From a virus, in the IMG/VR virus record IMGVR_UViG_3300042541_003876, positions 1 to 64,000 of that record: a DNA stretch of 64,000 nucleotides; one strand, written 5' to 3'. The position numbers and the translations under genes are program-made. Within the stretch, counting starts at the first letter, position 1; each line of letters begins with the position of its first letter. The notes under the pieces were generated by a model that saw only the letters and a list, made by a program, of their open reading frames with translations, was not told where the DNA came from and searched no databases. Shown in pieces: positions 1-8,555 of this stretch.

Positions 1-783
1 TCCGGAACGGAAAGAAGGTTCCGTTGCTTTAAATGACATTGAGATATTTTCAAAGAGTCCAGCTTCCTCAAAGATTGAGATTTTATTATTGTTGATTCCT
101 TCAAATGCTCCAGAATCAGCGAACATCGTTTTAAACCTGGCCTTGGTATTTATTCCGGAAGGAATCTTTTGTTTGTTGATTGTATCATTGTAAAATATTT
201 CCATCAACTTGTCATTGTTGGTTTCCATATAATTACGATAAGCAGGGTGAGTATTGTTTAACGAAGAATAAAGTTTTTGTTTAAATTCTTGAACCTTATC
301 ATCTTTACCAGCAGCAATTGCAGCTTCTGCTAAGAAATGAAAATTCAATGTGTAATTAACATTTACTACACCAAGTTCCGATAAACCTACCTGTCTTGGT
401 TTTGCGAGAATAAGACCATAACCGTTAATAATTGCTGATTCTATTTCAAGAAAAATCCAATGGTCCAAATCACGGTAATTTGGATTTGCTAAAATTTTAT
501 CTTTTTTCCCTTTCGGAAGTAGTTTGATGGAAGTGAAATTGAGATAATAAAAATGCCTTCCGGTAATCCGCGGCATTCCTTTAGGTGCAAAACCATTGTA
601 ACAATAGTAATCCATTTCTTCCCAGAAATCATCATATTCTAAAGTTCCTGGTTTAAGATTTTCTGATTTTTTCTTAACGGTTTCATTGAATACCATCGGT
701 GAATACAACTTTGTATCCCACGACGAAGATTTAGATAATTTGATGAAATCAGGTATTTGTAACTCTGGAAATTTTCTTTTCAT
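1..783 (-). CDS. terL: Terminase large subunit, N-terminal part (runs off the window start; not in the ORF track)
   Basis: Manual translation from ATG at 783: MKRKFPELQIPDF...YDDFWEEMDYYCYNGFAPKGMPRITGRHFYYLNFTSIK...NYRDLDHWIFLEIESAIINGYGLILAKPRQVGLSELG. The ITGxHxxYLNF segment and the K-x-R-Q-x-G-x-S Walker A are typical of crAss-like terminases. Confidence 0.9.
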   Translation of the reverse strand, partial: MKRKFPELQIPDFIKLSKSSSWDTKLYSPMVFNETVKKKSENLKPGTLEYDDFWEEMDYYCYNGFAPKGMPRITGRHFYYLNFTSIKLLPKGKKDKILANPNYRDLDHWIFLEIESAIINGYGLILAKPRQVGLSELGVVNVNYTLNFHFLAEAAIAAGKDDKVQEFKQKLYSSLNNTHPAYRNYMETNNDKLMEIFYNDTINKQKIPSGINTKARFKTMFADSGAFEGINNNKISIFEEAGLFENISMSFKATEPSFRSG

Positions 784-788
784 AATAA

Positions 789-820
789 AAAAGTCTGCTT
801 ACAAAAATAAGCAGACTTTT
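789..820. terminator. Intrinsic terminator-like hairpin immediately upstream of terL
   Basis: aaaagtctgctta-caaaaa-taagcagactttt, perfect 13-bp stem with A/T tails. Confidence 0.7.
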
Positions 821-838
821 AAAGTTTTCTGATTTGAA

Positions 839-1171
839 TTACTTTACAAGAGAAGCAAAGGCTTCTAATTGTTTGGAGATTTGTGCTTTGAACTGTTTTA
901 GATTCTGATCAGAAGTTCTACGTTTTACAATTTCCGCAGCCATCAGTTCATCTTTGTTTCCAAGAGAATCTAAATACTGTTCTTTAGCAGCAGCTTTTTC
1001 TTCTTCTGTTGGTTCTACAATAGGTCTTTCAGAAATTCCAATTAAATGATCTAATTGATCCGTTGTAAGGTTATCCCATTTTTCTCCTTTTTTAATTGTG
1101 CCGGTTTTTTCAAGTACATCAATTAAATCTTTTTTACTTGGTGCTGGTGGATTTCGTGTGTTGTTTTCCAT
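839..1171 (-). CDS. Hypothetical protein
   Basis: 110-aa ORF, co-oriented and tightly packed with its neighbours. Confidence 0.7.
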   Translation of the reverse strand: MENNTRNPPAPSKKDLIDVLEKTGTIKKGEKWDNLTTDQLDHLIGISERPIVEPTEEEKAAAKEQYLDSLGNKDELMAAEIVKRRTSDQNLKQFKAQISKQLEAFASLVK

Positions 1172-1175
1172 AATA

Positions 1176-1778
1176 CTACGTTTTTGAATTAAGTCCTAAT
1201 TTATCTGGGTTAATGACGCCATCGCCGTGTTGTTTGAATTTACTGTTTTTTCGGGATTTAATATCATTTTCAATTCTGCTAAGTTCATAACCATTAGTTG
1301 TTACCGCTCTTCCTATTGCTTCTTTTTTGTCAAAATTTTTATTGAAAGATTGAATACTTTCTTCATGGTTAGCAAGCGATTTACGGTATTTTTCTACCTT
1401 ACTGTCATCGTCATCATTGTTAGCATCTGTAAGCTGTCCTAACAATCTTGTTTTGATTTCCCGATTTACTTTTTCCATTTCTAAATCAGGATCTATCTGT
1501 AATTCAAGATAAGTGGCTATTGCTGTTTTCATCAATTCACTATCAAAATTTATGCTATTTCTTCTACCAAAAACTTCCTCACATGCACGATAAGGTCTAT
1601 CTTTTGTGCTATAGTGCTTTAATGGAGAAAAATAGTCACACGCGAGTGCGACTACTGTAAAGCCTTTGATTCCTTTTTTCTTGTAAACTTCATTAAAAGC
1701 TTTGATAGCTTTCCATCCGGAATTAAATTCTTTCTCTGACACAAACCCTGTCTCTTCATCTATTTCAACTAAAAACAT
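1176..1778 (-). CDS. Hypothetical protein, helical; near terL (small terminase subunit not excluded)
   Basis: 200-aa ORF in the operon. The functional guess rests on position only. Confidence 0.65.
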   Translation of the reverse strand: MFLVEIDEETGFVSEKEFNSGWKAIKAFNEVYKKKGIKGFTVVALACDYFSPLKHYSTKDRPYRACEEVFGRRNSINFDSELMKTAIATYLELQIDPDLEMEKVNREIKTRLLGQLTDANNDDDDSKVEKYRKSLANHEESIQSFNKNFDKKEAIGRAVTTNGYELSRIENDIKSRKNSKFKQHGDGVINPDKLGLNSKT

Positions 1779-1780
1779 AA

Positions 1781-2146
1781 TTATTTGAATAAAAAATTTC
1801 GTTGTAAAATATATTTTTTTCGATCTTTACTGTAGTCATTAATTATTGTGTAAAATTGTCGATAAGTAATCCAACAATGAAATTTTTTATCAATGATTTC
1901 ATGCGCTTCACTTTTAGTTTTTTGAGGATAAATCAATAAAATCAAATCATAAAGAAAACCTACTTTATAGTTTTTTTTGAATTTCTTTTCATCGATATGA
2001 TAAGTATTTTCCAGATCATCAGGAATAAGAAATAACATAAGACCTTTATCTAAATTATCATAAATGTAATTTCTCGTAACCGCCGGCAAACATTTTACAT
2101 CTACAGGATTTTTTATCGTTACGTCTTGTATTGGTAAATAAATCAT
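1781..2146 (-). CDS. Hypothetical protein
   Basis: 121-aa ORF, start overlaps the upstream stop. Confidence 0.65.
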   Translation of the reverse strand: MIYLPIQDVTIKNPVDVKCLPAVTRNYIYDNLDKGLMLFLIPDDLENTYHIDEKKFKKNYKVGFLYDLILLIYPQKTKSEAHEIIDKKFHCWITYRQFYTIINDYSKDRKKYILQRNFLFK

Positions 2147-2505
2147 TATGCTTTAGAATTATTGTTTTTAAAATCTTGATTTTGCAATTGCTTGAATTCT
2201 TGGTAAGCTTCCTGAAAATCTATAAGCAAATCTGACATTGGTTTGATATTCATTTCAATATCCAAAGCTGCTTTAATTCTCAAATCAAGTTCTGCATTTA
2301 TTTCCATCATTTTGTCTTTAATTTTTGTCATTTCCGGTTCAAGTTTTCCCAGTAATGCTTCAAAGTTATATTTGAAAGAATCCCCATCTCGAGATTTTAC
2401 CATAACAACTCCTTCTCTCTGTTTTTGCAATTCAGCATAATAATGATGTAGAACTTGACTTAATGTTTGAAGTTCCGGAATTGTAAGATATGTTAGATCA
2501 CTCAT
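2146..2505 (-). CDS. Hypothetical coiled-coil protein
   Basis: 119-aa ORF directly downstream of the promoter motif at 2519-2542. Confidence 0.7.
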   Translation of the reverse strand: MSDLTYLTIPELQTLSQVLHHYYAELQKQREGVVMVKSRDGDSFKYNFEALLGKLEPEMTKIKDKMMEINAELDLRIKAALDIEMNIKPMSDLLIDFQEAYQEFKQLQNQDFKNNNSKA

Positions 2506-2518
2506 GATATTTTTTTTA

Positions 2519-2542
2519 CAAATATAATGGAAATTATTTCAA
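2519..2542 (-). promoter_or_regulatory. Repeated phage promoter (TTGAAATAATTTC box plus Bacteroidota -7 TAnnTTTG), copy 1
   Basis: Minus strand TTGAAATAATTTCC-AT-TATATTTG; same spacing in five copies. Confidence 0.75.
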
Positions 2543-2579
2543 ATAAAAATCCCCTGCTATTATCAAGGGATTATATTTG

Positions 2580-2840
2580 TTATTCTGACTTATCTTCATC
2601 ATTGACTTTTTCATAATGAATTGATGGATTTTTTTTGATTTCCAAATTAAACCAAGTTCCCTTGGATTCTTCTTGAAAAACTTCCGAAAACTTTTCTTTT
2701 GAAACAGGAAAGTAATCATATTGAATTTTGTTTCTAAATTCTGCTCTCAAAACTCCTTGTTTTGTCTCATTGTCATATTCCCAACCTAATCGATTAAGGT
2801 TTCCAGAATATACAGCATACATTTTACCTGTAAATTTCAT
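2580..2840 (-). CDS. KTSC-domain protein
   Basis: SGNLNRLGWEYD...LRAEFRNKIQYDYFPV...ESKGTWFNLEIK matches the KTSC pattern SSxIxxxGYD...LEVEF...YxYxxV...SKGxYFNxxIK. Confidence 0.75.
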   Translation of the reverse strand: MKFTGKMYAVYSGNLNRLGWEYDNETKQGVLRAEFRNKIQYDYFPVSKEKFSEVFQEESKGTWFNLEIKKNPSIHYEKVNDEDKSE

Positions 2841-2843
2841 AAT

Positions 2844-4022
2844 TTAAACTTTATATTTTTCGTAAGCGACTGCAAAATCTAAACTAGACAAAGATTCTAA
2901 ATCTTTGTTAATTTTAGCTTTCATGATATTGGGTATTAAATAGTTAATTTCATCTTTTACATAATGAGAATATCCTTTTTTTGTATATTCAGGTTTTATT
3001 ATAGCATCTTTATTTTCTGCTGAAGCATTTAGAATATAGCTTTTTTTAAGTGTTATTTCTGATCCATTAAATTCTATCAATGATGAATCTATAGAGAACC
3101 CACAGGCTTTTGCATGTCCACCACCGCCAAATTTTGTTGCAACAGAAAGTAAATCAACATCATCTTTTGTAGTGTATAAAGAAAACACCCAAACACCTTT
3201 TGGTCCATCAAAAACAAATGGCATCATTGCATCATGTATGTCTGGATGATATAATCCTTCAAATGTATTAGAATTAAAGAAATGAGTGTTTAAAGCAATT
3301 ACATTTAGTCCTTCAAACTCAAATTCAAAATATTTTTTAGCCTGGCTTTCATTAATATTATTTTGATATTTAAAAATAGATTTTCCTTGTGTAATGATAT
3401 CTTTTAATTCAAAATCATCACGATATGAATCAACTAATTTTAAAACTTCATAAACTTCAACTGGACTTTTACAGGTTCTCATAAAATATTGAACCGGCAT
3501 TACAACTTCGTTCCAATTTTTATCATAAGCAAACTTTTTTTCTTCAACATCTCTCCATGTATCATATTGTCCAAGAATTGTAATTACTTCTCTAGAATTT
3601 TTGGTCAAATTTTTAGCACAGAGTGTAGAAGCTATTTCACATCCTGATAATCTTGAAGAATAAAAATATATCAAATTCATTTCTTTAACTTCAATTCTTG
3701 TAATTAAAGAATTATATTCAATCTCAGTTACAGTATAATTTTTTTCTAAACAATATTTTTTCAATTTATTATAAGCAGAAAGATGATGGTCAAGCCAAAG
3801 AAATTCCATTGCATTTACTGATAACATTTCCATTCTATCCATTTCCATAGAAACATCAATCATAATTGTTGATTTGCCTTTAAATCGCCTTGTGTCTAAT
3901 TTTTCGCCAAAATCATAAGGAACAAGTATGCAATCCTCACCATACGCTTTTTGATGTGAATAAATTACGGCTCCAGAAGTAAGTCCGTCTAAATCTTTTG
4001 AATGGTAAATACAATACTCCAT
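2844..4022 (-). CDS. DHH/DHHA1 phosphoesterase (NrnA/NrnB-like nanoRNase)
   Basis: Motifs YHSKDLDG, MIDVS, WLDHH, YDTW and the C-terminal GGGGHAKACGF. Confidence 0.9.
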   Translation of the reverse strand: MEYCIYHSKDLDGLTSGAVIYSHQKAYGEDCILVPYDFGEKLDTRRFKGKSTIMIDVSMEMDRMEMLSVNAMEFLWLDHHLSAYNKLKKYCLEKNYTVTEIEYNSLITRIEVKEMNLIYFYSSRLSGCEIASTLCAKNLTKNSREVITILGQYDTWRDVEEKKFAYDKNWNEVVMPVQYFMRTCKSPVEVYEVLKLVDSYRDDFELKDIITQGKSIFKYQNNINESQAKKYFEFEFEGLNVIALNTHFFNSNTFEGLYHPDIHDAMMPFVFDGPKGVWVFSLYTTKDDVDLLSVATKFGGGGHAKACGFSIDSSLIEFNGSEITLKKSYILNASAENKDAIIKPEYTKKGYSHYVKDEINYLIPNIMKAKINKDLESLSSLDFAVAYEKYKV

Positions 4023-4045
4023 TGTTGTTAATTTTTAAATTTAAA

Positions 4046-4069
4046 CAAATATATATGAAATTATTTCAA
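4046..4069 (-). promoter_or_regulatory. Repeated phage promoter, copy 2
   Basis: Minus strand TTGAAATAATTTCA-TA-TATATTTG, upstream of the DHH gene. Confidence 0.75.
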
Positions 4070-4133
4070 TAAAAAAATAAATAAAAAAAGTGTTGATTAA
4101 AAACCAACACTTCCAAATAAAAATAATAAAATA

Positions 4134-4313
4134 CTAAGCTTCTTTATTTCTTGTCTCTGTAACATTATTTCTAATTTCTTGAGAAATAGTTTTAATGGTT
4201 TGAGCAGATTTACGCAATCTTGTTCCGGAAGCTTTGATTCCTTTGTTGTAAAATTTCTCGCCTTCTGCGCGTAACACTTTTACTTCTTCTTCTAATTTTT
4301 CGATTAAATCCAT
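4134..4313 (-). CDS. Histone H1-like (Hc1-family) small basic protein, 59 aa (not in the ORF track)
   Basis: MDLIEKLEEEVKVLRAEGEKFYNKGIKASGTRLRKSAQTIKTISQEIRNNVTETRNKEA matches the EKFYxKGNKAAGTRxRK...ExR signature of Bacteroidota Hc1-like proteins. Confidence 0.8.
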   Translation of the reverse strand: MDLIEKLEEEVKVLRAEGEKFYNKGIKASGTRLRKSAQTIKTISQEIRNNVTETRNKEA

Positions 4314-4330
4314 GTTATAAAATATTTAAA

Positions 4331-4681
4331 TTAAACGTTAGTTTCTGATTCTTTCTCAAATCTTTCGATTGCTGAGAATTGGTATTGTTGAACTACTACA
4401 AGATTTTCTCCGTTAAAAGAAAAAACAGCCCCGGAATGAATGCCGTGATGAACGATATCTCCAACTTTTACATTTTCTACCCCTGGACCAACTGCAAGTA
4501 CTTTTCCTTTGTACTCATAACCCGAAGTAATTTCTTTTTTGTCTTTGATAAGCCCGGGAGTTTTTTCCAATTCTTTTTTTGGTTCATCCAATAACTTGTC
4601 AATTGGTTCATAAGAATTATCATCTATTTGTGATAAAATCACTGAATCCTTTGGTGCAAATAATTTTCCTCTTTTTGTCAT
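4331..4681 (-). CDS. groES: Co-chaperonin GroES-like protein
   Basis: KTPGLI mobile-loop-like segment, GKVLAVGPG, VKVGDIV; adjacent to groEL. Confidence 0.8.
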   Translation of the reverse strand: MTKRGKLFAPKDSVILSQIDDNSYEPIDKLLDEPKKELEKTPGLIKDKKEITSGYEYKGKVLAVGPGVENVKVGDIVHHGIHSGAVFSFNGENLVVVQQYQFSAIERFEKESETNV

Positions 4682-4705
4682 AATGTTGTTTTTAAATTAT
4701 AAGAA

Positions 4706-4729
4706 CAAATATATATGAAATAATTGCAA
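4706..4729 (-). promoter_or_regulatory. Repeated phage promoter, copy 3
   Basis: Minus strand TTGCAATTATTTCA-TA-TATATTTG, upstream of groES. Confidence 0.7.
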
Positions 4730-4780
4730 TAAAAAAGCCATATTTAAAAATATGGCTAAAAAAAATAAAAATGGATTAAA

Positions 4781-6394
4781 TTATTCGGTCATGTAATTTG
4801 AATTAACAATCGCATATTGTGTTGTTAAAAACAGTGCTGCAACTGATACAGCGTTTCTTAAAGCTGTTTTAACAACCTTTGCAGAATCTACGATATTTGA
4901 TTCAATCATATTTTCGCAGTATTTTTCAGTAAGCATATTTACTCCAGAACCGGGAGTTCTATTTACCATATTTAAAAGTTCTTTAATGTTTGGTTGACTT
5001 GCTCCGGAATTAACCATCATTGTCATTAATGGTGCTGCTAAAGATTCGGCTAATACATAACCTCCTTTTTTTATATCCCCTGCATTTAAATACCTTCTAG
5101 CAACTAATAACATACTTCCTCCTCCGGGAACAACACCTTCCTCAATCGCTGACTTCAAAGCATTTTTAGCATCTTCCAATCTGTCAATTTTTTCAAAGAT
5201 TTCAAGTGGTGTAGAACCTCCGGCATATATTACTCCAATCCCCCCTGACATTCTCGCTATCCGTTCTTTCACTTTATCTTTCAAAAACCCTTCATCCATT
5301 TTTTCATATTGGAAAGTAACATCTTCAATGTGTTTTTTTAATGTTTCTGAATCTTTTCCACCATGACCCATTAATGTAGTTTGGTCCTTATCAATTTCAA
5401 CATCCATTGCAAAGCCATATACCTCAGATGTAGCTTCTTTAAAATCTAAACCATACTCTTTACCAATAATTTGTGCGTTGGTCATTTTAGCGATATCCAA
5501 AAGCAAGTCTCGACGATCAAAATTAATTCCAGGACCTTTGACAATTGCAATATTCAAATTTCCTTTAAGTTTATTGTAAATTAAAAGTTGAGAAACTTTT
5601 TCGTCAATATCTTCACAAATTAAAAGATATGGTTTTTTTAAATCTTCATTTAAAACATTAGCTTTTGTTCTTTCTAAAAATTCAAAAAAATCATCGATTG
5701 ATGTAAGTTTATCACCAACTACAACTATAATAACATTCTCTAATTCTGCCTTTTTATTTTTAGTATTGGTAATAAATGAAGGAGAAGTAAATCCACGATT
5801 GAAACGATATCCATCGATCAATTCGAAATTTGTTTCGAAATTTTTTCCTTCTACAATACTGATTTCGCCTTCAGAACCTACAGATTGAAAAGCATGAGAT
5901 AAAAGGTTTCCCAGTTCAGGATCATTATTGGCAGAAATTGTTGCAACAGCTTTGAGCATATCGGTATTTGATAAATCCAAAGGAATCGATGTTTCGTCAA
6001 TTAAAACATAAACTTGTTCTGCAGAAGCTTCAATTTCTCTTTTGAAAACAGTCTGATTAATTTCTGGATTTTGTTTTAAAACTTCTAATCCCAATTTAAT
6101 GATGGCGTTCGCCAAAACCAAAGCCGTTGTAGTTCCATCACCGGCAATTTCATTTGTTTTCTCACAAATTTCTCGTACAACAGTTGCCCCAAGATTTTCA
6201 ATATCATCTTCAAGGATAATATTTTTAGCTACAGTAACACCATCTTTTGTGCTTTTTACCATTCCATAATCATCTTGAATTAAAACTGTTCTTCCTTTTG
6301 GTCCAAGAGTACTACCGACAGCTTGAGCCATTTTGTCGATACCATTTGCAATTTTATGGAGGTCCGTGCCTGATATTAATTTCTTTCGTTGCAT
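4781..6394 (-). CDS. groEL: Chaperonin GroEL (probable start MQRKK at 6394)
   Basis: TLGPKGRTV, TKDGVTVAK, AGDGTTTA, VATISANND, EEGVVPGGG, D-S-AKVVKTAL; lacks the GGM tail. Confidence 0.95.
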   Translation of the reverse strand: MQRKKLISGTDLHKIANGIDKMAQAVGSTLGPKGRTVLIQDDYGMVKSTKDGVTVAKNIILEDDIENLGATVVREICEKTNEIAGDGTTTALVLANAIIKLGLEVLKQNPEINQTVFKREIEASAEQVYVLIDETSIPLDLSNTDMLKAVATISANNDPELGNLLSHAFQSVGSEGEISIVEGKNFETNFELIDGYRFNRGFTSPSFITNTKNKKAELENVIIVVVGDKLTSIDDFFEFLERTKANVLNEDLKKPYLLICEDIDEKVSQLLIYNKLKGNLNIAIVKGPGINFDRRDLLLDIAKMTNAQIIGKEYGLDFKEATSEVYGFAMDVEIDKDQTTLMGHGGKDSETLKKHIEDVTFQYEKMDEGFLKDKVKERIARMSGGIGVIYAGGSTPLEIFEKIDRLEDAKNALKSAIEEGVVPGGGSMLLVARRYLNAGDIKKGGYVLAESLAAPLMTMMVNSGASQPNIKELLNMVNRTPGSGVNMLTEKYCENMIESNIVDSAKVVKTALRNAVSVAALFLTTQYAIVNSNYMTE

Positions 6395-6395
6395 A

Positions 6396-6650
6396 TTATT
6401 TTGTTTTAAAAATTTCTGAGTAAAGTTCTGCAGAATAAACACCAATGTTATTTTCTGCTCCGATTTCCTGAGTAACAACATCACCAACTACAATTTGGCA
6501 TGCTTGGTTATTGTCGATAAAAAGCCCAGGAGTTCCCATGTGACTTTCCCGGATATCCGCTTTGAATTCTTCTTTTATTAATTTAAGATTGGAGCCATCA
6601 TATTTGATTACTCTGAATTCCGGCTGTTGTTTAAATTGAACAATTTCCAT
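6396..6650 (-). CDS. Hypothetical protein
   Basis: 84-aa ORF between the promoter at 6678 and groEL. Confidence 0.65.
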   Translation of the reverse strand: MEIVQFKQQPEFRVIKYDGSNLKLIKEEFKADIRESHMGTPGLFIDNNQACQIVVGDVVTQEIGAENNIGVYSAELYSEIFKTK

Positions 6651-6677
6651 TTTTTATTTATTTGCTTGTTAATATGG

Positions 6678-6701
6678 CAAATTTATATGAAATTATTTCA
6701 A
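6678..6701 (-). promoter_or_regulatory. Repeated phage promoter, copy 4
   Basis: Minus strand TTGAAATAATTTCA-TA-TAAATTTG. Confidence 0.75.
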
Positions 6702-6712
6702 TACACAAATAA

Positions 6713-6742
6713 AAAACCGAACTACAAATGTAATTCGGTTTT
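6713..6742. terminator. Terminator-like hairpin
   Basis: aaaaccgaactaca-aa-tgtaattcggtttt. Confidence 0.6.
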
Positions 6743-6843
6743 CTGAATCAGTCCATTTTGATTCAGTCTGCTTTTGCAATTTGATTAATTCTTGTGCTGT
6801 TTTTAACTTTTCCATTTTAATTAATATTTGTGAAGAAAAACGG

Positions 6844-6976
6844 CTTATAACAGCACATTGCAAAAAGTGGCGGTTTAGTGCTAATATCAACTGTTGCGAT
6901 TCGGTTTAACTTTCGTTTTTATATCAAGTTTAGTACTTCGATTTCGCCACCTTCGGCAATCTGCAAACCGTTAGCG
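6844..6976 (+). mobile_element. attC-like integron cassette recombination site (Bacteroidota type)
   Basis: Begins ctTATAAC and ends GTTAGCG. Imperfect arms gcacattgcaaaaagtggcgg / tcgccaccttcggcaatctgc. Lies a few nt past the stop of the minus-strand gene at 6983. Confidence 0.7.
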
Positions 6977-6982
6977 GTAACC

Positions 6983-7384
6983 TTACGACAACTCTCCAGT
7001 TTCAACGAACTTTTGAAGGATTGGCAATAATTCTTTGACATGCTCACGTGTTAAGTGCATTCTTGTACTCAATAAAACTTCTTTTGGAATTTCAAACTTT
7101 ACCCAACCATTGTCATTTTCATCAAATGTTCTTTGTCTTAATCCCATACGAATCGCATCGATTGACATTATTTGTGGGTTAACATCATCAATACCTAACC
7201 AAATGCAATCTTCGGTTGCATTGCTTGATTTTTGAATAGAACACTCGTAACCACATCTATCTATGAATTTACCAGTATATGTATCTATGAATTTACCAGT
7301 TTCAAAATTTCTTCCGTTGGTTTTAATTTTTAATTCTGCTATTTTAGCTTCGTATTTTTCTATTTTTTCTTGTGGTGTTTTCAT
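6983..7384 (-). CDS. Conserved phage hypothetical protein (cassette-derived body)
   Basis: DRCGYECSIQKSSNATEDCIWLG...RMHLTREHVKELLPILQKFVETGEL resembles a widespread uncharacterised phage protein; internal 19-bp direct repeat at 7258/7282. Confidence 0.75.
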   Translation of the reverse strand: MKTPQEKIEKYEAKIAELKIKTNGRNFETGKFIDTYTGKFIDRCGYECSIQKSSNATEDCIWLGIDDVNPQIMSIDAIRMGLRQRTFDENDNGWVKFEIPKEVLLSTRMHLTREHVKELLPILQKFVETGELS

Positions 7385-7464
7385 TTTATCAAATTTGTTA
7401 AGATTGGTGATTGTGGGTTTTGACTTTGTAAATCCATAATAAATATGTTTTGATTATTTAAAAG

Positions 7465-7488
7465 CAAATATAGTGGAAATAATTTCAA
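7465..7488 (-). promoter_or_regulatory. Repeated phage promoter, copy 5
   Basis: Minus strand TTGAAATTATTTCC-AC-TATATTTG. Confidence 0.7.
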
Positions 7489-7630
7489 CTACAAATTTTT
7501 TTTATCATAAAACTACCTCACCATATAATTTCCCCGAAAAGTTCTATATAATTTAACACCAATTGTTGTACACCGATAATTAATTACTCAGTAAATATAG
7601 AAGTCATTTCCACAATACACAACAACAGTC

Positions 7631-7900
7631 CTTTTAAATCACTTATCGGAAGTAACTACAACCATGAAAAAAAATAAAAAATATTTCTTGGGGGAGATTA
7701 CTACAAACCATTCTTTTAAAATTACTTCTTGAAGTTACTTCTACCATGAAAAAAAATTTTTTTAGAAAAGAAAGGGAGGTTCTTGTTTTAAGTTACTTGA
7801 AGTCACTGCAATACTAAAAAATTTTTTAAAATATTTCTTGGGGGAGGGTATCTGAGGAACACTCCCCCTCGGAAACTTTGTTTTCCCTAAGGGGGGGGGT
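7631..7900. repeat. Three imperfect ~65-80-bp direct repeats followed by a C5...G9 hairpin
   Basis: aaaatatttcttgggggag is exact at 7678-7696 and 7828-7846; units contain gaagt(a/t/c)act followed by an A-tract; ccccctcggaaac-tttg-ttttccctaaggggggggg at 7864-7899. Confidence 0.7.
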
Positions 7901-7962
7901 CTGGAACGAAGAACAAAAAGAGAGTCTTATTACCTAACTAACCCTAAGGCTTCTCAATTATT

Positions 7963-8181
7963 ATGAAAACTTTCATGATCAAAGCAGCTACGACTGCGCT
8001 ACAAACAACTTTCACTTTAGGCGAAACAGTATCAGTACTTAGTGTTAACGGCATGACGAAACTTCGTCCTAACAAAGATCCTGAACGTATTGAGATATCA
8101 ATGAGGTCTGCGTCTATCATGGCAAGAGCTAAGATTGGTGTCCTATCTTCAAACGAGGCTAAATCTATTCATAACTTATAA
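7963..8181 (+). CDS. Hypothetical protein (putative early gene)
   Basis: 72-aa ORF with attattATG leader; first gene of the higher-GC block. Confidence 0.65.
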   Translation: MKTFMIKAATTALQTTFTLGETVSVLSVNGMTKLRPNKDPERIEISMRSASIMARAKIGVLSSNEAKSIHNL

Positions 8182-8192
8182 AATAACTTATC

Positions 8193-8537
8193 ATGAAACA
8201 ACCTATTATCTTCGCCGGCACTATGTTGCTTGGCTGTATCCTTGGTGGTCACTTAGCTGGCCACATCTTCTTCGGTGTCATCCTATTGGGAGGACTTATC
8301 GCATTAGTTGAAAATATCCCAGCCATTAAATGGTTGGTGTACAAAGGCAATAACATCATGGATATCATGTTGTGGGTACTCAGCGCACTTGCAATAGTAA
8401 CTCTTGGAGTATCCGTAGCAGCGGCGTTAGCGGTTGCGAGCCTTGGTTACACGATGGCTTATGCTCCTTATGTCCGTAGGAGATTATCTGAGCAACAGGC
8501 TTCGAAGAACAAAAACAAACACTCAATCAAATTCTAA
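8193..8537 (+). CDS. Hypothetical multi-pass membrane protein
   Basis: Three to four hydrophobic segments and a basic C-terminal tail. Confidence 0.75.
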   Translation: MKQPIIFAGTMLLGCILGGHLAGHIFFGVILLGGLIALVENIPAIKWLVYKGNNIMDIMLWVLSALAIVTLGVSVAAALAVASLGYTMAYAPYVRRRLSEQQASKNKNKHSIKF

Positions 8538-8555
8538 TCAATTACTTATATTATT

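Noticed and set aside
4331-6394. Host chromosomal groESL (prophage boundary or contamination)
   Set aside because: The order is reversed, the sequences are divergent, both genes are flanked by phage genes, and they sit behind the same repeated phage promoter.
6395-6487. GroEL N-terminal extension given in the ORF track
   Set aside because: It overlaps ORF 6396-6650. GroEL similarity starts near MQRKK (ATG 6394), directly after that gene's stop.
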